A DNA stretch of 64,000 bases from Scyliorhinus canicula (taxonomy: Eukaryota): NCBI RefSeq assembly GCF_902713615.1, contig NC_052159.1, forward strand, positions 112,397,877 to 112,461,876, written 5' to 3'. The translations under genes were made by a program, and so were the position numbers. The notes beneath the pieces are model-generated. The model ran no database searches. It was not told the DNA's origin and worked only from the letters and a program-made list of their open reading frames with translations. Shown here in pieces: positions 13,331 to 26,465 of this stretch (positions are counted from its first letter, which is position 1; each line of letters opens with the position of its first letter).

Positions 13331-13569
13331 TGGTCCCAGCTTCCTCTCTCTTAATGTTCCACAGATAACTCCATCACTGAAATAAAGTTCGATTTGTCAT
13401 TTATCCCAGCACTGTGTGCGGAATCCCGCTAGGTACACACCACCTGCCAGATTTCCACACATTTCAACAATAACTAAACTTCAAAGCTATTTTGTTTGCA
13501 ATTGTCCCACAGGTTTAAGAGTTTTTCAGCTTGTTTGGATGCAGCAGGGGCTATATTGTAGATGAGCTG

Positions 13570-14827
13570 ACTGACCATGACACCGTGGAACAGGAAGACA
13601 CTGAAGTGGGGGAATTAACAAGGAATGTAGTGGTAGTAGTGGACAGTATGGTCAGAGGGATTGACACAGTTCTCTGCAGCAAAGAGCACGAGTCCAGCCA
13701 GCTGTGTTGCCTGCCTGGTGCTAGGGTCAGGGACATCTGCTCAGGCTTGATTGGATCTTACAGTGGGAAGGGGAGGACCCAGTCATTGTGGTCCATGTAA
13801 GTACCAATGACATAGACAGGACAAAGGAGGACACTCTTTTTGGCCAATATGAGGAGATTGCCACCAAATTAGGAAGCAGATCCTCAATGGCCATAATCAC
13901 TGCACTATTACTTGAGCCACGTTCAAATTGGCAAAGGACAATTCAGATGAGAGGGATGAATGCATGGCTTAAAGACTGATGTGGGAGAAGTGAGTTTCAG
14001 TTCTTAGGGCACTGGCACCATTGGGATCTGTACCGTTGGGACGGCCGATACCTGTGATCAGTGTTCTTGCCAGCCACAGAACGAGGGAAGTAGAGAAGGT
14101 TTTAAGCTAAATAGTCGGAGCAAAGTATCACATTTCTGAAATTGTGGTAAATCAAGGAGTAGAGAAAAGTCAAAAGAGAAAGGTATTATTACAGGAAATG
14201 AAAAATAGTGTGTGACAGGAAGAGATAGAGGGTACTAATCTCACAGTAAATCAATAGATGAGACTCGAGGTTATAATAAGTTTAAAAGGATAAAACTAAG
14301 GCTCTGTATATGAATTCACAGAGCATTCAAAACAAATCAGATGAACTGACAGTACACATAGAAATAAATAAGTATGATTTGATAGCAGTTACAGAAACAT
14401 TACTCGGGAGGACATGAATGTCACAGGATACAGGACATTGCACTAGAAACGGTGCATAGGAGATTCACCAGAATACTGCCTGGGCTGGAGTTGTTCTTCT
14501 AAGAGCAGAGAAGACTGAGGAGCGACCTGATTGAGGTGTACAACATTATAAGGGACATAGATTGGGTAGACAAGAAGAACATTTTCCTCTTAGTCAAGGA
14601 GTCAACAACTAGGGGGCATCGATGCATGGTAAGGTGCAAGAGATTTAGAGGAGATTTGAGTAAAACCCTTTTCACCCAGAGGGTGGTGGGAATCTGAACT
14701 CACTGCCTGAAAGGATGGTAGACTCAGCAACCCTCACAACATTTAAGGAACATTTAGATGAGCACTTGAAACGCCATAGTATAGAAGGCTACAAACTAAG
14801 TGCTGGAAAATGGGAATAGAATAAATA
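13570..14827 (+). mobile_element. Internally deleted CR1: ORF1 SGNH-esterase, start of APE endonuclease, RT C-terminus
   Basis: VVVVDSMVRG, CCLPGARVRDI, HVSTNDI (CR1 ORF1 esterase); LYMNSQSIQNK...YDLIAVTET at ~14300; then joins directly to the RT C-terminus (FTQRVVGI) from ~14430. Confidence 0.8.
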
Positions 14828-15230
14828 GGTGGTTATCTCTGCTGTCTCACGGTGCCGAGATCCCATGTTCGATCCCGGCTCTGGGTCACTGTCCGTGTGG
14901 AGTTTGCACATTCTCCCCGTGTCTGCGTGGGTCTCACCCCCACTGACCACCACAACCCAAAAAGATGTGCAGGGTAGGTGGATTGGCCATGTTAAATTGT
15001 CCCTTAATTAGCTGGTTTAGCACACAAGGCTAAATCGCTGGCTTTTAAAGCAGACCAAGGCAAGCCAGCAGCACGGTTCAATTCCCGTACCAGCCTCCCC
15101 AAACAGGCGCCGGAATGTGGCGAATAGGGGCTTTTCACAGTAACTTCATTTGAAGCCTACTCGTGACAATAAGTGATTTTCATTTTCATTTCATTTTTCA
15201 AAAAATAATTGGATACTCTAAATTTATTAC
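14828..15230 (+). mobile_element. V-SINE-like copy (short GGGTACTCTAAATTT-type tail) with a nested short SINE
   Basis: B box and central domain at 14860-15010; the tail resumes at ~15200 after the nested insertion. Confidence 0.65.
15011..15199 (+). mobile_element. Short tRNA-derived SINE with L2-type tail
   Basis: GCTGGTTTAGCAC head, GGTTCAATTCC B box, GTGACAATAAG tail followed by (TTTCA)n. Confidence 0.8.
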
Positions 15231-15437
15231 AACAAAAGAATAGATAGGTGCCAGATAGCTGGCGCAGACACAAAGGCTGAAGGGTGACTTGCTGTGGTGT
15301 AAAACTCCATGATGTTTTGGAAGGATGTAAATGTAATGGAAGAAGTTAAGAGTTGGTTTACTAGACTAATACCTGGAATTGATGGGCTGTCTTATGAGGA
15401 AAGGTAGTCAGGCTAGGCTTGAATCCACTGGAGTTTA

Positions 15438-15776
15438 GAACATAGAACATAGAACATTACAGCTCAGTACGGGCACTTCGGCCCTCGATGTTGCGCCGAC
15501 CTGTGAAACCATCTGAAGCCTATCTGACCTACACTAATCCATTTTCATCCATATGTCTATCCAGTGACCACTTAAATGCCCTTAAAGTTGGCGAGTCTAC
15601 TACTGTTGCAGGCAGGGTGTTCCACACCCCTACTACTCTCTGAGTAAAGAAACTGCCTCTGACATCTGTCCTATATCTACTACCCCTCAATTTAAAGCTA
15701 TGTCCCCTCGTGTTGGTCATCACCATCCGAGGAAAGAGACTCTCACTGTCCACCCTATCTAACCCTCTGACTATCT
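15438..15776 (-). mobile_element. CR1 3' end
   Basis: ORF 15529-15795(-) RGLDRVDSESLFPR...TRGHSFKL...FFTQRVVGVWNTLP; (TAGAACA)n tail. Confidence 0.9.
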
Positions 15777-15999
15777 TAAAAGAGTAAAAGGCCATTTGAT
15801 TGAAACAAATAAGATCCTGAGGGATCTTAATAGGGTGGATGTGGAGAGAATGTTTTCTTTATGGCAGAACTAAAACTAGGGGTCACTATTTAAAAATAAG
15901 GGGTCGTCCATTTAAAATGGAGATAAGGTGAAATGTTTCCTCTCAGAGGTTTGTGAGTCTTTGGAATTCTCTTACTGGAGCAAAGATGGTGGAACCAGG

Positions 16000-16416
16000 G
16001 GGCTGGATTCTCCAATTTTTAGGCTATGTTGGAGCATGTGTATAGTATTACGACCAAAACGTCGGCGGCGCCCCCACACCAATGCTCCGCCTGGTGGGGG
16101 GATAGCAACCGTGCCATGTTAAACGTCTGGCTTTCCCTGCAGATACGGATGGAGAATTGCTGGGCCCATGGAGAACAACGACAAGTGATCCACGCTGTCG
16201 GGAAGTCGGCCTATCAGGGGACGGAGCATTCGGGGAGGGCCTTCAAGTGACGTCCTGAGACCGTCCCAACAGCGTGCGGCGTACTCACTGATTACGCTGT
16301 TTTGGAGGGGGTGGAGCATCCAAAAACAGGCGGCGCCCCTGATTTCAGCATCAAAACGGATTCTCCGGTCAATCGCCAGATGCAATTTTGGCATCGGCAA
16401 TCGGAGAATCCAGCCT
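16000..16416. mobile_element. Harbinger-type MITE
   Basis: GGGCTGGATTCTCC...GGAGAATCCAGCC TIRs. Confidence 0.8.
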
Positions 16417-18569
16417 TAAGTATTCGTATATGTTTGTGGCAGAGCCAGATAAATTATTTGTAAACTAGGCAGTGATAGGCAATAGGGGGTAGGTTGGACG
16501 CAAATTTGAGGTTACTATGAGATTAGCCATGCTCTTGCTAAATGACAGAGTACCCTCAAGGGGCTGAATGGCCTCCTCCTGTTCCTTGTGCGTATATGTG
16601 TGTGCGTACGTATGTTAAGCACCCAGGATGTCTTGAGATCATAAAAAGCACTAGATAAGTACAAATTCCTCCTTTCTTTGTTCCTGTATGCATTCTTTAT
16701 GATAGGGTTGCATGTGGCACTCAGTGGATCAGTGACTATGAAGGTGGGCTGTAAAGAAAGAAAAACAATGAAGTATGATTTCTAGCATTCACACGCCTCT
16801 ATCATGGGATCAATGGTGTTGTAACAAAGCTGGAAATATTTTAGTTCCCCCCCTCCCCACACAGTATGGGACAATCCAATGAAAACGCATAATACACTGG
16901 ATGTCAACAATGTATGTAATTGGGCAGAGCCATAATGACAACAAAGTTAGATGATTGCACGTTGAATGTATTTGAATCCACATCACAAAATCGCTGGTTA
17001 ATGCTCACCCCATTGGCTGTCATTTACAGGGTGATGTCTCAACATGAGACCAATATCTTTATACTCCGATAAGACCATGAAGAGAATGATTACACTTTGA
17101 AGGGAATGGACAGAGTGGACAGAATACCTGCCTGTCTCAGGCAGATGGCATCTTCTAAAATGCAGGTTGTGGTTCTAGCATCTAGCTCTCTGGCTGCAGT
17201 GGCACTCTGTTGTTGGGAGGCCTTGAACTGTATCAGGTGTTGAATGCAGTAGGTTGGCCCAATGTTAATGAGGCCAGAGTCTTGAAATGACAGACCCTTT
17301 CCTTCATGGCTATAGATAATTGCCATGCATGTCTGGAAGTCAAAACCATGTTCTGCTTCTTGATTTGTTTTCTTCGGTTGATCTGTCTCACCAACCCCAT
17401 TCTCCCAACATCCCGTAATTGCTGGCTCCATTTGGGAGATGTATTTTTGTTTGTAGTTGTTTCTGTTCTCACATTTTAATATACCATAATTCCTGAATAC
17501 AGTCTTCCTGGCCATTAACAGCTAAGTAATTATACCTTGTCTGCTCATCATTGATTAGGAATGACTTGATTTGAAATTGTACATTTTCTGGTATTTTTAA
17601 AAAAATGTATTCGTGTAAAACTATTAAAAACTAATGATTTTTTACATCCTTTTGAAGGTAGCTCAAAATCCAAATCCACAGAGAACAGTTTCAATTGGCC
17701 AGCTTGATTTAATTTGCCTCATAGTCACACTGGGACTCATTTCATGATGATCTATACCTGTTTTATAACTTCCCTATGTCAGAACAAATTAACGTCCATG
17801 AATTATTGCCTGCTGTATTACTGTGTGATTATTTAACATGCTCTCAAAAAACGACTGCCCACTGTGTGGATGTAGTTGGTACTTCCACCATTCCTTTCAT
17901 TAAAATACAATCGAGGGATATCATGCAAATTCAATCAACTTTTATACATGAACGCAATCAATTTTTAAACTTAAAACATGCCTCTGTGTGGAGAAGCATT
18001 TTTCCACATTACTCTGCTTACCAAGTTCAAAGCCTGCAATTTGAATCCACGGGGTAGGAATGTAAAAGGCAACCATTTTGCGGTAATGCTTCTTATCATA
18101 GGAAAAACAATTTTATACCTCCTTTTCTGTTACAAAATTGCATGACTGTGTCAGGTCACATCATAACAAATGAAAACAATGATGGTCCCCACACAAAATT
18201 ATAAGGCTGAGGATTATAACGGTAATGCTCATTCTTGTGGAAAGATACAGACCAACAATGGCAGGAGCGTGCTGTGGCACAACGTTCCTGCTTGTTTCCT
18301 GTATACTGCCAAATTGCTTTTCTGGCATTGATGTGCTGCAGGCTTTGTTGGATAGTTCAACTAATTATCGTCAAAAGAATAAATACATCAATGCAAATCA
18401 TAACATGTTACAAGAATACTTGCATTGCACCTGTGGTGGTTTGTTTTGAAAATATTGTTGCTGTAAGAGGTTCAGTCTGCCATTTTATTGAAAAGTAACA
18501 TGGTGGCCCTTAACCTCTGTGTGGGTGGCTTAAAATATATTGCAAAATCCAAATCTACTTTAGTTCTGC

Positions 18570-19060
18570 ATCAGCTGGGAGGGCAAGTGCACTAACACCA
18601 GCATCGTTGAAGGATCCAAAAGCACCGGTATCAAGGCCATGATCATCCGAAAGCAACTCCGCTCCCACGAGCTTAGGAAGCCAGAGTCCCGACTGCCAAA
18701 GAAAATCTTCGCCCAGCTCAAGAAAGACACCTGAACACGTGGAGGACTAAGGAAGGTCTTCAACAATACCCAGAAGGCTCAACTCAATAAATGCAACATA
18801 GATGTCAATGCCTGGGAGTCACTTGCTCAGAAGACACCTTTTTCAAGGAACCTCCGAATTGAAGGGACACAATTGTTTGAGTACACCAGACGGCAAGAGG
18901 AAGCCCGGAAAAGGAGCCTGAGAAAAGAATACCAGCGATCTACAACCCACGGATCGATCCCACATTCAGGAAACACCTGCCAAATGTGAAGTCGAAGTTG
19001 CGGCTCTAGGATCGGGCTCATCAGCCATGCAAAGACGCACAGAATCCTTGACCAGTAATA
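18570..19060 (+). mobile_element. RTE-clade (BovB-like) LINE 3' fragment
   Basis: Translates as WEGKCTNTSIVE...IIRKQLR...ESRLPKKIF...RGGLRK...KCNIDVNAWESLA, followed by the C-terminal motif CGSRIGLISHAKTH. Confidence 0.75.
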
Positions 19061-19234
19061 TGGAGTGTCATACTTGTCACTGAGTGATCGCCAAAGATTA
19101 CATACACTCTAAACTCACTCTATCCATTATAGTTCCTTTAATGGAATGAACATTCTCATGACAAACCAAAGTTTTAAAAATCTTTCTTTCACTCTCTGAC
19201 TCCAAGCTCACTTTATACATTAACGTGCTTTTTA

Positions 19235-19544
19235 TAATAATAAAAATCTTTATTGTCACAAGTAGGCTTACATTAACACTGCAATGAAGTTACTGTGAAA
19301 AGCCCCTAGTTGCCACATTCCAGCACCTATACGGGTACACAGAGGGAGAATCCAGAATGTCCAAATTATCTCACAGCACGTCTTTCGGGGCTTCTGGAAG
19401 GAAACCGGAGCACCCGGAGGAAACCCACGCATACACAGGGAGAATGTGCAGACTCAACACAGACAGTGACCCAAGCTGCGCATCGAACCTGAGACCCTGG
19501 AGTTGTGAAGCAACAGTGCTAACCACTGCGCAGCCATGCTGCCC
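19235..19544 (-). mobile_element. V-SINE-like head/core with L2-type tail
   Basis: Same head and core as the HE1-like copies, but the 3' end is ...AAGCCTACTTGTGACAATAAAGATTTTTATT. Confidence 0.85.
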
Positions 19545-19594
19545 AATGGAAAAAGCAGCCTCATGACAAACCAAACTTCAGAAAAAAAATATGC

Positions 19595-19762
19595 AGGATC
19601 CACCGCTTCGCCGGCAGCGCACCCACGCCCGCGGGTTTCCCAACAGCATCAGATGGCCACAATGGGAAATCCTATTGGTAAGCTGCCAGAATGGAGGATC
19701 CCACTGTTGACGGGGGCGTGCCGCACTGGAAAATGGGGCTAGCAGGATAGATAATCCCGCCC
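19595..19762. mobile_element. Short Harbinger-type MITE
   Basis: Ends in ATAATCCCGCCC; internal CAATGGGAAATCCYATTG palindrome shared with 35990-36155 and 54378-54552. Confidence 0.65.
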
Positions 19763-20501
19763 AATATCTTTGTTTCACTTTTGTGCATTTTAAACATATT
19801 TTTAAACACTATTATAAAACATTACCCAACAATAAAATGCTCTCCAATGTCTCCTGCCTCTGCTCGATGATTCTGGATGGGAACAAAAAAGTGCAAATAA
19901 GCAAGCATAAAAACCTACGTAAAATCGGGGCAAGAGGGCCACGTTAGTGAGTCCCCATGATTTAAGGGCAAACCCTTACCCAAAGCCCTCAGCACCCTAC
20001 AGCCTGGACCCTTGGGTGACCCCTCCTTCACAGCCTGGGAGTGGCAGAGGGAAATATTATTAGTGTCCTGACCCCACTTTGGCTCCACCACACCAGGTCT
20101 CCACTTGTCCAAAGTCGCACCAAAGACTATCTGGGTTTCCAGTGGGGGTCAGATCATCACAGGAGTAGGGAGAGGGGAGGGGAAGAATCGGTCATCCAGC
20201 CCATTAATTGCAAGCTTATCATTAATTTGTATTTCCTGTCGGCACGGGATAATTAGCGTGCTACAGCCGGTGGCAAGAGAGCGGAAAATGGCAACCAGTC
20301 TGTGGTCCAGCACTGATCCTGTTTTTCAGGCAACACTCAATCATCTGCCTGATTGGGATTCCTGATCGCAGCGGTGGTGAATGGAGAATGCTGGCCTAAA
20401 TCTACACCTGATCGGAATTGACTGCTCCATTAAAGTTACAATTGGCAAAGAATGATCACCATGAACTTAAATGGTGATATGCAAGATATGCTGTACAGTG
20501 T

Positions 20502-20650
20502 GGGGTCAGTTAACTCAGTTGGCTGGGTGGCTGGTTCGTGATGCCGAGTGACGCCAACAGAAAGGGGGTTATCTGTGAAGGCCCCAGCTTCTCAGTCTTG
20601 CCCTTTGCATAAGACGTGGTGACCCTCAGGTTAAATCATCACCAACCAAC
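20502..20650 (+). mobile_element. tRNA-derived SINE (third family), partial
   Basis: GGGGTCAGTTAACTCAGTTGG head; CCTCAGGTTAAATCATCACCA shared with 25864-26095. Confidence 0.55.
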
Positions 20651-20982
20651 CTCGGCCAGCGGTATGGAACCCAGCTGAGTGTGGCGGCGCTGGACACAGT
20701 CCACAGACGCCATGCCACGTTCTCGACCGCTGAGACCATGTGTGTCCCGCGCTGTTGGGAACTCGGCCCATCGGGGGATGAGCATCGTGGGAGGGCCTGC
20801 CAATGACACGCTAACGTTGTTACAATGGCGCATGGCCGCAACATGATTATGCCATTTCTGAGTGGGCGGAGCATGGCTGACTGGTGTCAAACCAGCGCCG
20901 GTCCCGATTTGGGTGGCGGGGTCGATTATCCGCCCGATCGTCGATTATGATATCGGGGTCAGACAACGGAGAATCCAGCCCC
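20651..20982. mobile_element. Harbinger-type MITE (truncated)
   Basis: Ends in GGAGAATCCAGCCC. Confidence 0.65.
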
Positions 20983-21169
20983 AGATTCTTGATTGTCCAT
21001 CTTGACTGAATGACTCATTGTGGGACAACTAAAAGCCATATTTTAGCACACATCCAGGAAACCGGAAAATTGAAGGTCAACCAATGAGCTTAATAAATCA
21101 CAGAAGTATTAAGCAGTGCTTTGTTAACCCCTCAAAAGCACTTAGTTTGTTTTTCGAGGCTGTGCAGTT

Positions 21170-24100
21170 GGAAGACCAGTGACTGAGGGGAGCTCAGTGA
21201 ATAGGTCCAGTAATACTAAAAGGAATAAAACTGGAGATGTGAAGATTCAAAACAGAGGTAAAAAAACCAACATAAGTGTACTGTACTTGAATGCTCGTAG
21301 TATTCGGAATAAAGTAAATGAGTTGATGGCACAAATCATCGTGAATGACTATGATTTAGTGGCCATTACTGAAACATGGTTAAAGAATGGTCACGACTGG
21401 GAGTTAAATATCCGAGGGTATCAAACTATTCGGAAGGACAGAGTGGATGGTAAGGGAGGTGGTGTTGCTCTGTTATTTAAGGATGACATCCGGGCAATAG
21501 GAAGGGATGACATCGGTGCTGCGGAGGATAAAGTTGAATCCATTTGGGTGGAAATCAGGAATAGTAAGGCGAAAAAGTCACTGATAGGAGTAGTCTATCG
21601 GCAACCAAATAGTAACGTTGTGGTGGGGCAGGCAATAAACAAAGAAATAACTGATGAATGTAGAAATGGTACAGCAGTTATCATGGGGGATTTTAATCTA
21701 CATGTTGATTGGTTTAACCAGGTCGGCCAAGGCAACCTTGAGGAGGAGTTTATAGAATGTATCCGCGGTAGTTTCCTAGAACAGTATGTAATGGAACCTA
21801 CGAGGGAACAAGCGGTCCTAGATCTTGTCCTGCGTAATGAGACAGGATTGATTCATGATCTCATAGTTAGGGATCCTCTCAGAAGGAGCGATCACAATAT
21901 GGTGGAATTTAAAATACAGATGGAGGGTGAGAAAGTAAAATCAAATACTAGTGTTTTGTGTTTAAACAAAGGAGATTACAATGGGATGAGAGAAGAACTA
22001 GCTAAGGTAGACTGGGAGCAAAGACTTTATGGTGGAACAGTTGAGGAACAGTGGACAACCTTCCAAGCGATTTTTCACAGTGCTCAGCAAAGGTTTATAC
22101 CAACAAAAAGGAAGGACGGAAGAAAGAGGGAAAATCGACCGTGGATATCTAAGGAAATAAGGGAGAGTATCAAATTGAAGTAAAAAGCATATAAAGTGGC
22201 AAAGATTGGTGGGAGACTAGAGGACTGGGAAATCTTTAGGGAGCAACAGAAAGCTACTAAAAAGCTATAAAAAAGAGTAAGATAGAGTATGAGAGTAAAC
22301 TTGCTCAGAATATAAAATCAGACAGTAAAGTTTTTACAAATATATAAAACAAAAAAGAGTGGCTAAGGTAAATATTGGTCCTTTAGAGGATGAGAAGGGA
22401 GTTTTAATAATAGGAGATGAGGAAATGGCTGAGGAACTGAACAGGTTTTTTGGGTTGGTCTTCACAGTGGAAGACACAAATAACATGCCAGCGACTGATA
22501 GAAATGAGGCTATGACAGGTGAGGACCTTGAGAGGATTGTTATCACTAAGGAGGTAGTGATGGGCAAGCTGATGGGGCTAACGGTAGACAAGTCTCCTGG
22601 CCCTGATGGAATGCATCCCAGTGTGCTAAAAGAGATGGCTAGGGAAATTGCAGATGCGCTAATGATGATTTACCAAAATTCACTAGACTCTGGGGTAGTC
22701 CCGGTGGATTGGAAATTAGCAAACGTGACACCGCTGTTTAAAAAAGGAGGTAGGCATAGAGCAGGAAATTATAGGCCAGAGAGCTTAAATTCGGTAGTAG
22801 GGAAGATGCTGGAATCTATCATCAAGGAAGAAATAGCGAGGCACCTGGATAGAAATTGTCCCATTGGGCAGACGCAGCATGGGTTCATAAAGGGCAGGTC
22901 GTGCCTAACTAATTTAGTGGAATTTGTTGAGGACATTACCAGTGCAGTAGATAATGGGGAGCCAATGGATGTGGTATATCTGGATTTCCAGAAAGCCTTT
23001 GACAAGGTGCCACAGAAAAGGTTGCTGCATAAGATAAAGATACATGGCATTAAGGGTAAAGTAGTAGCATGGATAGAGGATTGGTTAATTAATAGAAAGC
23101 AAAGAGTGGGGATTAATGGGTGTTTCTCTGGTTGGCAATCAGTAGCTAGTGGTGTCCCTCAGGGATCCGTGTTGGGCCCACAATTGTTCACAATTTACAT
23201 AGATGATTTGGAGTTGGGGACCAAGGGCAATGTGTCTAAGTTTGCAGATGACACTAAGATGCGTGGTAAAGCGAAAAGTGCAGAGGATACTGGAAGTCTG
23301 CAGAGGGATTTGGATAGGTTAAGTGAATGGGCTAGGGTCTGGCAGATGGAATACAATGTTGACAAATGTGAGGTTATCCATTTTGGTAGGAATAACAGCA
23401 AACGGGATTATTATTTAAACGATAAAATATTAAAGCATGCCGCTGTGCAGAGAGGCCTGGGTGTGCTAGTGCATGAATCACAGAAAGTTGGTTTACAGGT
23501 GCAACAGGTGATTAAGAAGGCAAATGGAATTTTGTCCTTCATTGCTAGAGGGATGGAGTTTAAGACTAGGGAGGTTATGTTGCAATTGTATAAGGTGTTA
23601 GTGAGGCCACACCTGGAGTATTGTGTTCATCTTTGGTCTCCTTACTTGAGAAAGGACATACTGGCACTGGAGGGTGTGCAGAGGAGATTCACTATGTTAA
23701 TCCCAGACCTGAAGGAGTTGGATTATGAGGAGAGGTTGAGTAGACTGGGACTGTACTCGTTGGAATTTAGAAGGATGAGGGGGGATCTTATAGAAACATT
23801 AAAAATTATGAAGGGAATAGATAGGATAGATGCGGGCAGGTTGTTTCCACTGGCAGGTGAAAGCAGAACTAGGGGACATAGCCTCAAAATAAGGGGAAGT
23901 AGATTTAGGACTGAGTTTAGGAGGAACTTCTTCACCCAAAGGGTTGTGAATCTGTGGAATTCCTTGCCCAGTGAAGCAGTTGAGGCTCCTTCATTAAATG
24001 TTTTTAAGGTAAAGATAGATAGTTTTTTGAATAATTAAGGGATTAAGGGTTATGGTGTTCAGGCCAGAAAGTGGAGCTGAGTCCACAAAAGATCAGCCAT

Positions 24101-24173
24101 GATCTCATTGAATGGCGGAGCAGGCTCGAGGGGCCTGATGGCCTATTCCTGCTCCTAGTTCTTATGTTCTTAT
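21170..24173 (+). mobile_element. CR1 LINE with near-complete ORF2 (APE endonuclease + RT), 5'-truncated
   Basis: ORF 21179-22183 (YLNARSIRNK, AITETWL, MGDFN, SDH) and ORF 22359-24038 (KSPGPDG, YLDFQKAFDKV, GVPQGSVLGP, KFADDTK). Premature stop at 22181-22183 plus a frameshift before ~22350; (TTCTTATG)n tail. Confidence 0.95.
22359..24038 (+). pseudogene. CR1 ORF2 reverse transcriptase domain (open frame, uncoupled from the endonuclease)
   Basis: 559-aa ORF with the full set of non-LTR RT motifs, including FADD. Confidence 0.9.
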
Positions 24174-24796
24174 CTGTCACAATTGCTGTCAATTTGGCTT
24201 ATGGTTCCCACTTACGACTGAACTCTTCAAATATTAATTTAGTCATGTTATCTGTGCACTCTGCTTTGAAAAATATCATGTTCGGTTCTGCTCTTCATAT
24301 TTCTAGCATAATGCTCATCATGAGTATAAATGAGGTGGGATCTTTTCATTGCTAATTTCCTACTGTACGCTTCTCAGGAAATTTTGAAATACCATTGTGT
24401 GGGTGTTAAGACCTTTCTCATTTTGAATTCCCACCAAGTAGTTTCTTACAAGTAAGGGTTGAGGCATGTCAATCTTAAATGAATTTAGTTAACATATTCG
24501 CAAGTTATTCACCAATGGTTTGAAATTACCAGCTATCTGCTTGAGACTGCTTCAGCAGCTCAGAATTCTGCGGGTAGTCATGGCAGGTTCCATCTTGATA
24601 GCGGGGTGGTCAAATGTTGAAGTAGAAGGGCCAGAAAATTGTTGCAAAATTGATTCCGAACATATAGGTAAGCTCTATTATTGTAACATTAGAATGGCAC
24701 TACGGTCCTCCAGTGAGGTGAAATGGCATAGACTCAAATTCAATTGTTTTGAACAACATATCCCAGAAAATAATTCTGATACGGCAATAATTCTAA

Positions 24797-25136
24797 GGGC
24801 AGCACGGTAGCACAGTGTTTAGCACTGTTGCTTCACAGCTACAAGGTCCCAGGTTCGATTCCCCACTTGGGTCACTGTATGTGTGGAGTCTGCACGTACT
24901 CCCCATATGCATGGGTTTCCTCCGGGGCCTCCGGTTTCCTCCCCACAGTCCAAAGATGTGCAGGTTAGGTGGATTGGCCATGCTAAATTGCCCTTAGTAT
25001 CTAAAAAGATTGGGTGGGGTTACTGGGTTATGGGAATAGAGTGGCGGTTTGGGCTTGGGCCGGGAGCTCTTTCCAAGGGACGGTGCAGACTCAATGGGTC
25101 GAATGGACTGCAGTGTAAATTCTATGATTCTATGAT
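24797..25136 (+). mobile_element. HE1/V-SINE-like SINE
   Basis: GGGCAGCACGGTAGC head, B box, core domain, (TTCTATGA)n tail. Confidence 0.9.
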
Positions 25137-25863
25137 GCTTGGCATGTTGAGAGAGCCGATGTGAAATACTGCACCAACACACACTTCCACAGACATACCT
25201 TATATGAACAAAAATAAACGGACACCAGAGTAATTTGTCAAAAAGAAAAGATGTGTCTGGTCAACAGCACAAACTGTTTGCCCACTCTGTCTGAATGAAA
25301 CACATTAATCCGGGCTTACTTTTTAATGTGCACTTGTTAGATCATTTGATAAGAGAATATAATCATCACCCTAACCCCTGTGGTGATTGTTTCAAGGAAA
25401 TTGTTTAACCTTGCCTGTCGCTATCATGGAAAGTCTCTTGCCAAAAAGAAAGCGTGTACAACGGTGGATCTCTACTTAACGAGCTGCATATCTCATTTTG
25501 TAGACTTCATTAAAACATCAGGACATTCTGATTGCATCTGTGTGCTGTGGGCTGTAGGATAAGTTACGGAGGGAGCGGTACTGTAGCAAATGAGACTGAT
25601 CAGCTCAGAAAAAAAATCTAATGTGAACTGGGAGACATAAGGATAAATGTGTGAATCATCTTTCCCTGCTCAAACATTGTGTTTTTAATTACTGTTGGAA
25701 TCTGAGGGAATTTTAGAGGTTATTTCTAATATTGCTGTATTGTGCATTCTTAAATATGGTTACTATCAAATGTTTAATCAGATATGAATTACGTCCTTGA
25801 ACAAATCAAATTTCATCGATGGAATGCTCAATAAATAAGATGATTCATGGAGATTGTACATAT

Positions 25864-26095
25864 GGGGGCCGGTTTAGCTCAGTTTTGCTAGACAGCTGGT
25901 TCGTGATGTAGAGAAAGGCCAGCAGTGTAGTTTCATATTCCCGTACAGGCTGAGGTTATTCATGAAGGCCCCACCTTCTCACCTCACTCCTCACCTGAGG
26001 TTTAATGATCCTCAAGCTAAATCATCACCAGTCAGCTCTACCCTCTAAAAGGGGAAAGCAGACCATGGTCATCTGGGACCATGGCGGCTTTTCCT
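25864..26095 (+). mobile_element. tRNA-derived SINE (third family)
   Basis: GGGGCCGGTTTAGCTCAG head; similar to 20502-20650. Confidence 0.6.
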
Positions 26096-26465
26096 CTTTT
26101 ACATTACATATGTGTTACACATCGTGAGGAAAATAATATCTTAATCGTCTGTCTGTAAATTTAATTTGGATAGTTCTATCGGGACAAAAAATGTTACTGG
26201 ATTGAGTAAGGCCCTGTTTAATGAGAATAGTATGTGGTTCTAGTGAAGTTTAGAGTCTTTCGTTCATTGTTAATCACAGAAGATCGTAGATCAATAGAGA
26301 ATGATGCCTCCAGTGACAAAGTTCTTAATCTCTTGGCACAATTACAGTTTTAAAATGTGCTTGTGTCAGTTTGAACTGTTTATTTCAATTAGATAGGGAA
26401 AACAGGTAATCATGGAATCAGATTTTGAAACTAAACTGTTACGATCTTGACTTTAGTCAAGATCA

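Larger units (their letters stand above)
15320..16590 (+). mobile_element. Old CR1 3' fragment interrupted by an inverted CR1 and a MITE
   Basis: RT C-terminal and tail sequence (AAGGGGCTGAATGGCCTCCTCCTGTTCC) is collinear across the two insertions. Confidence 0.7.
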
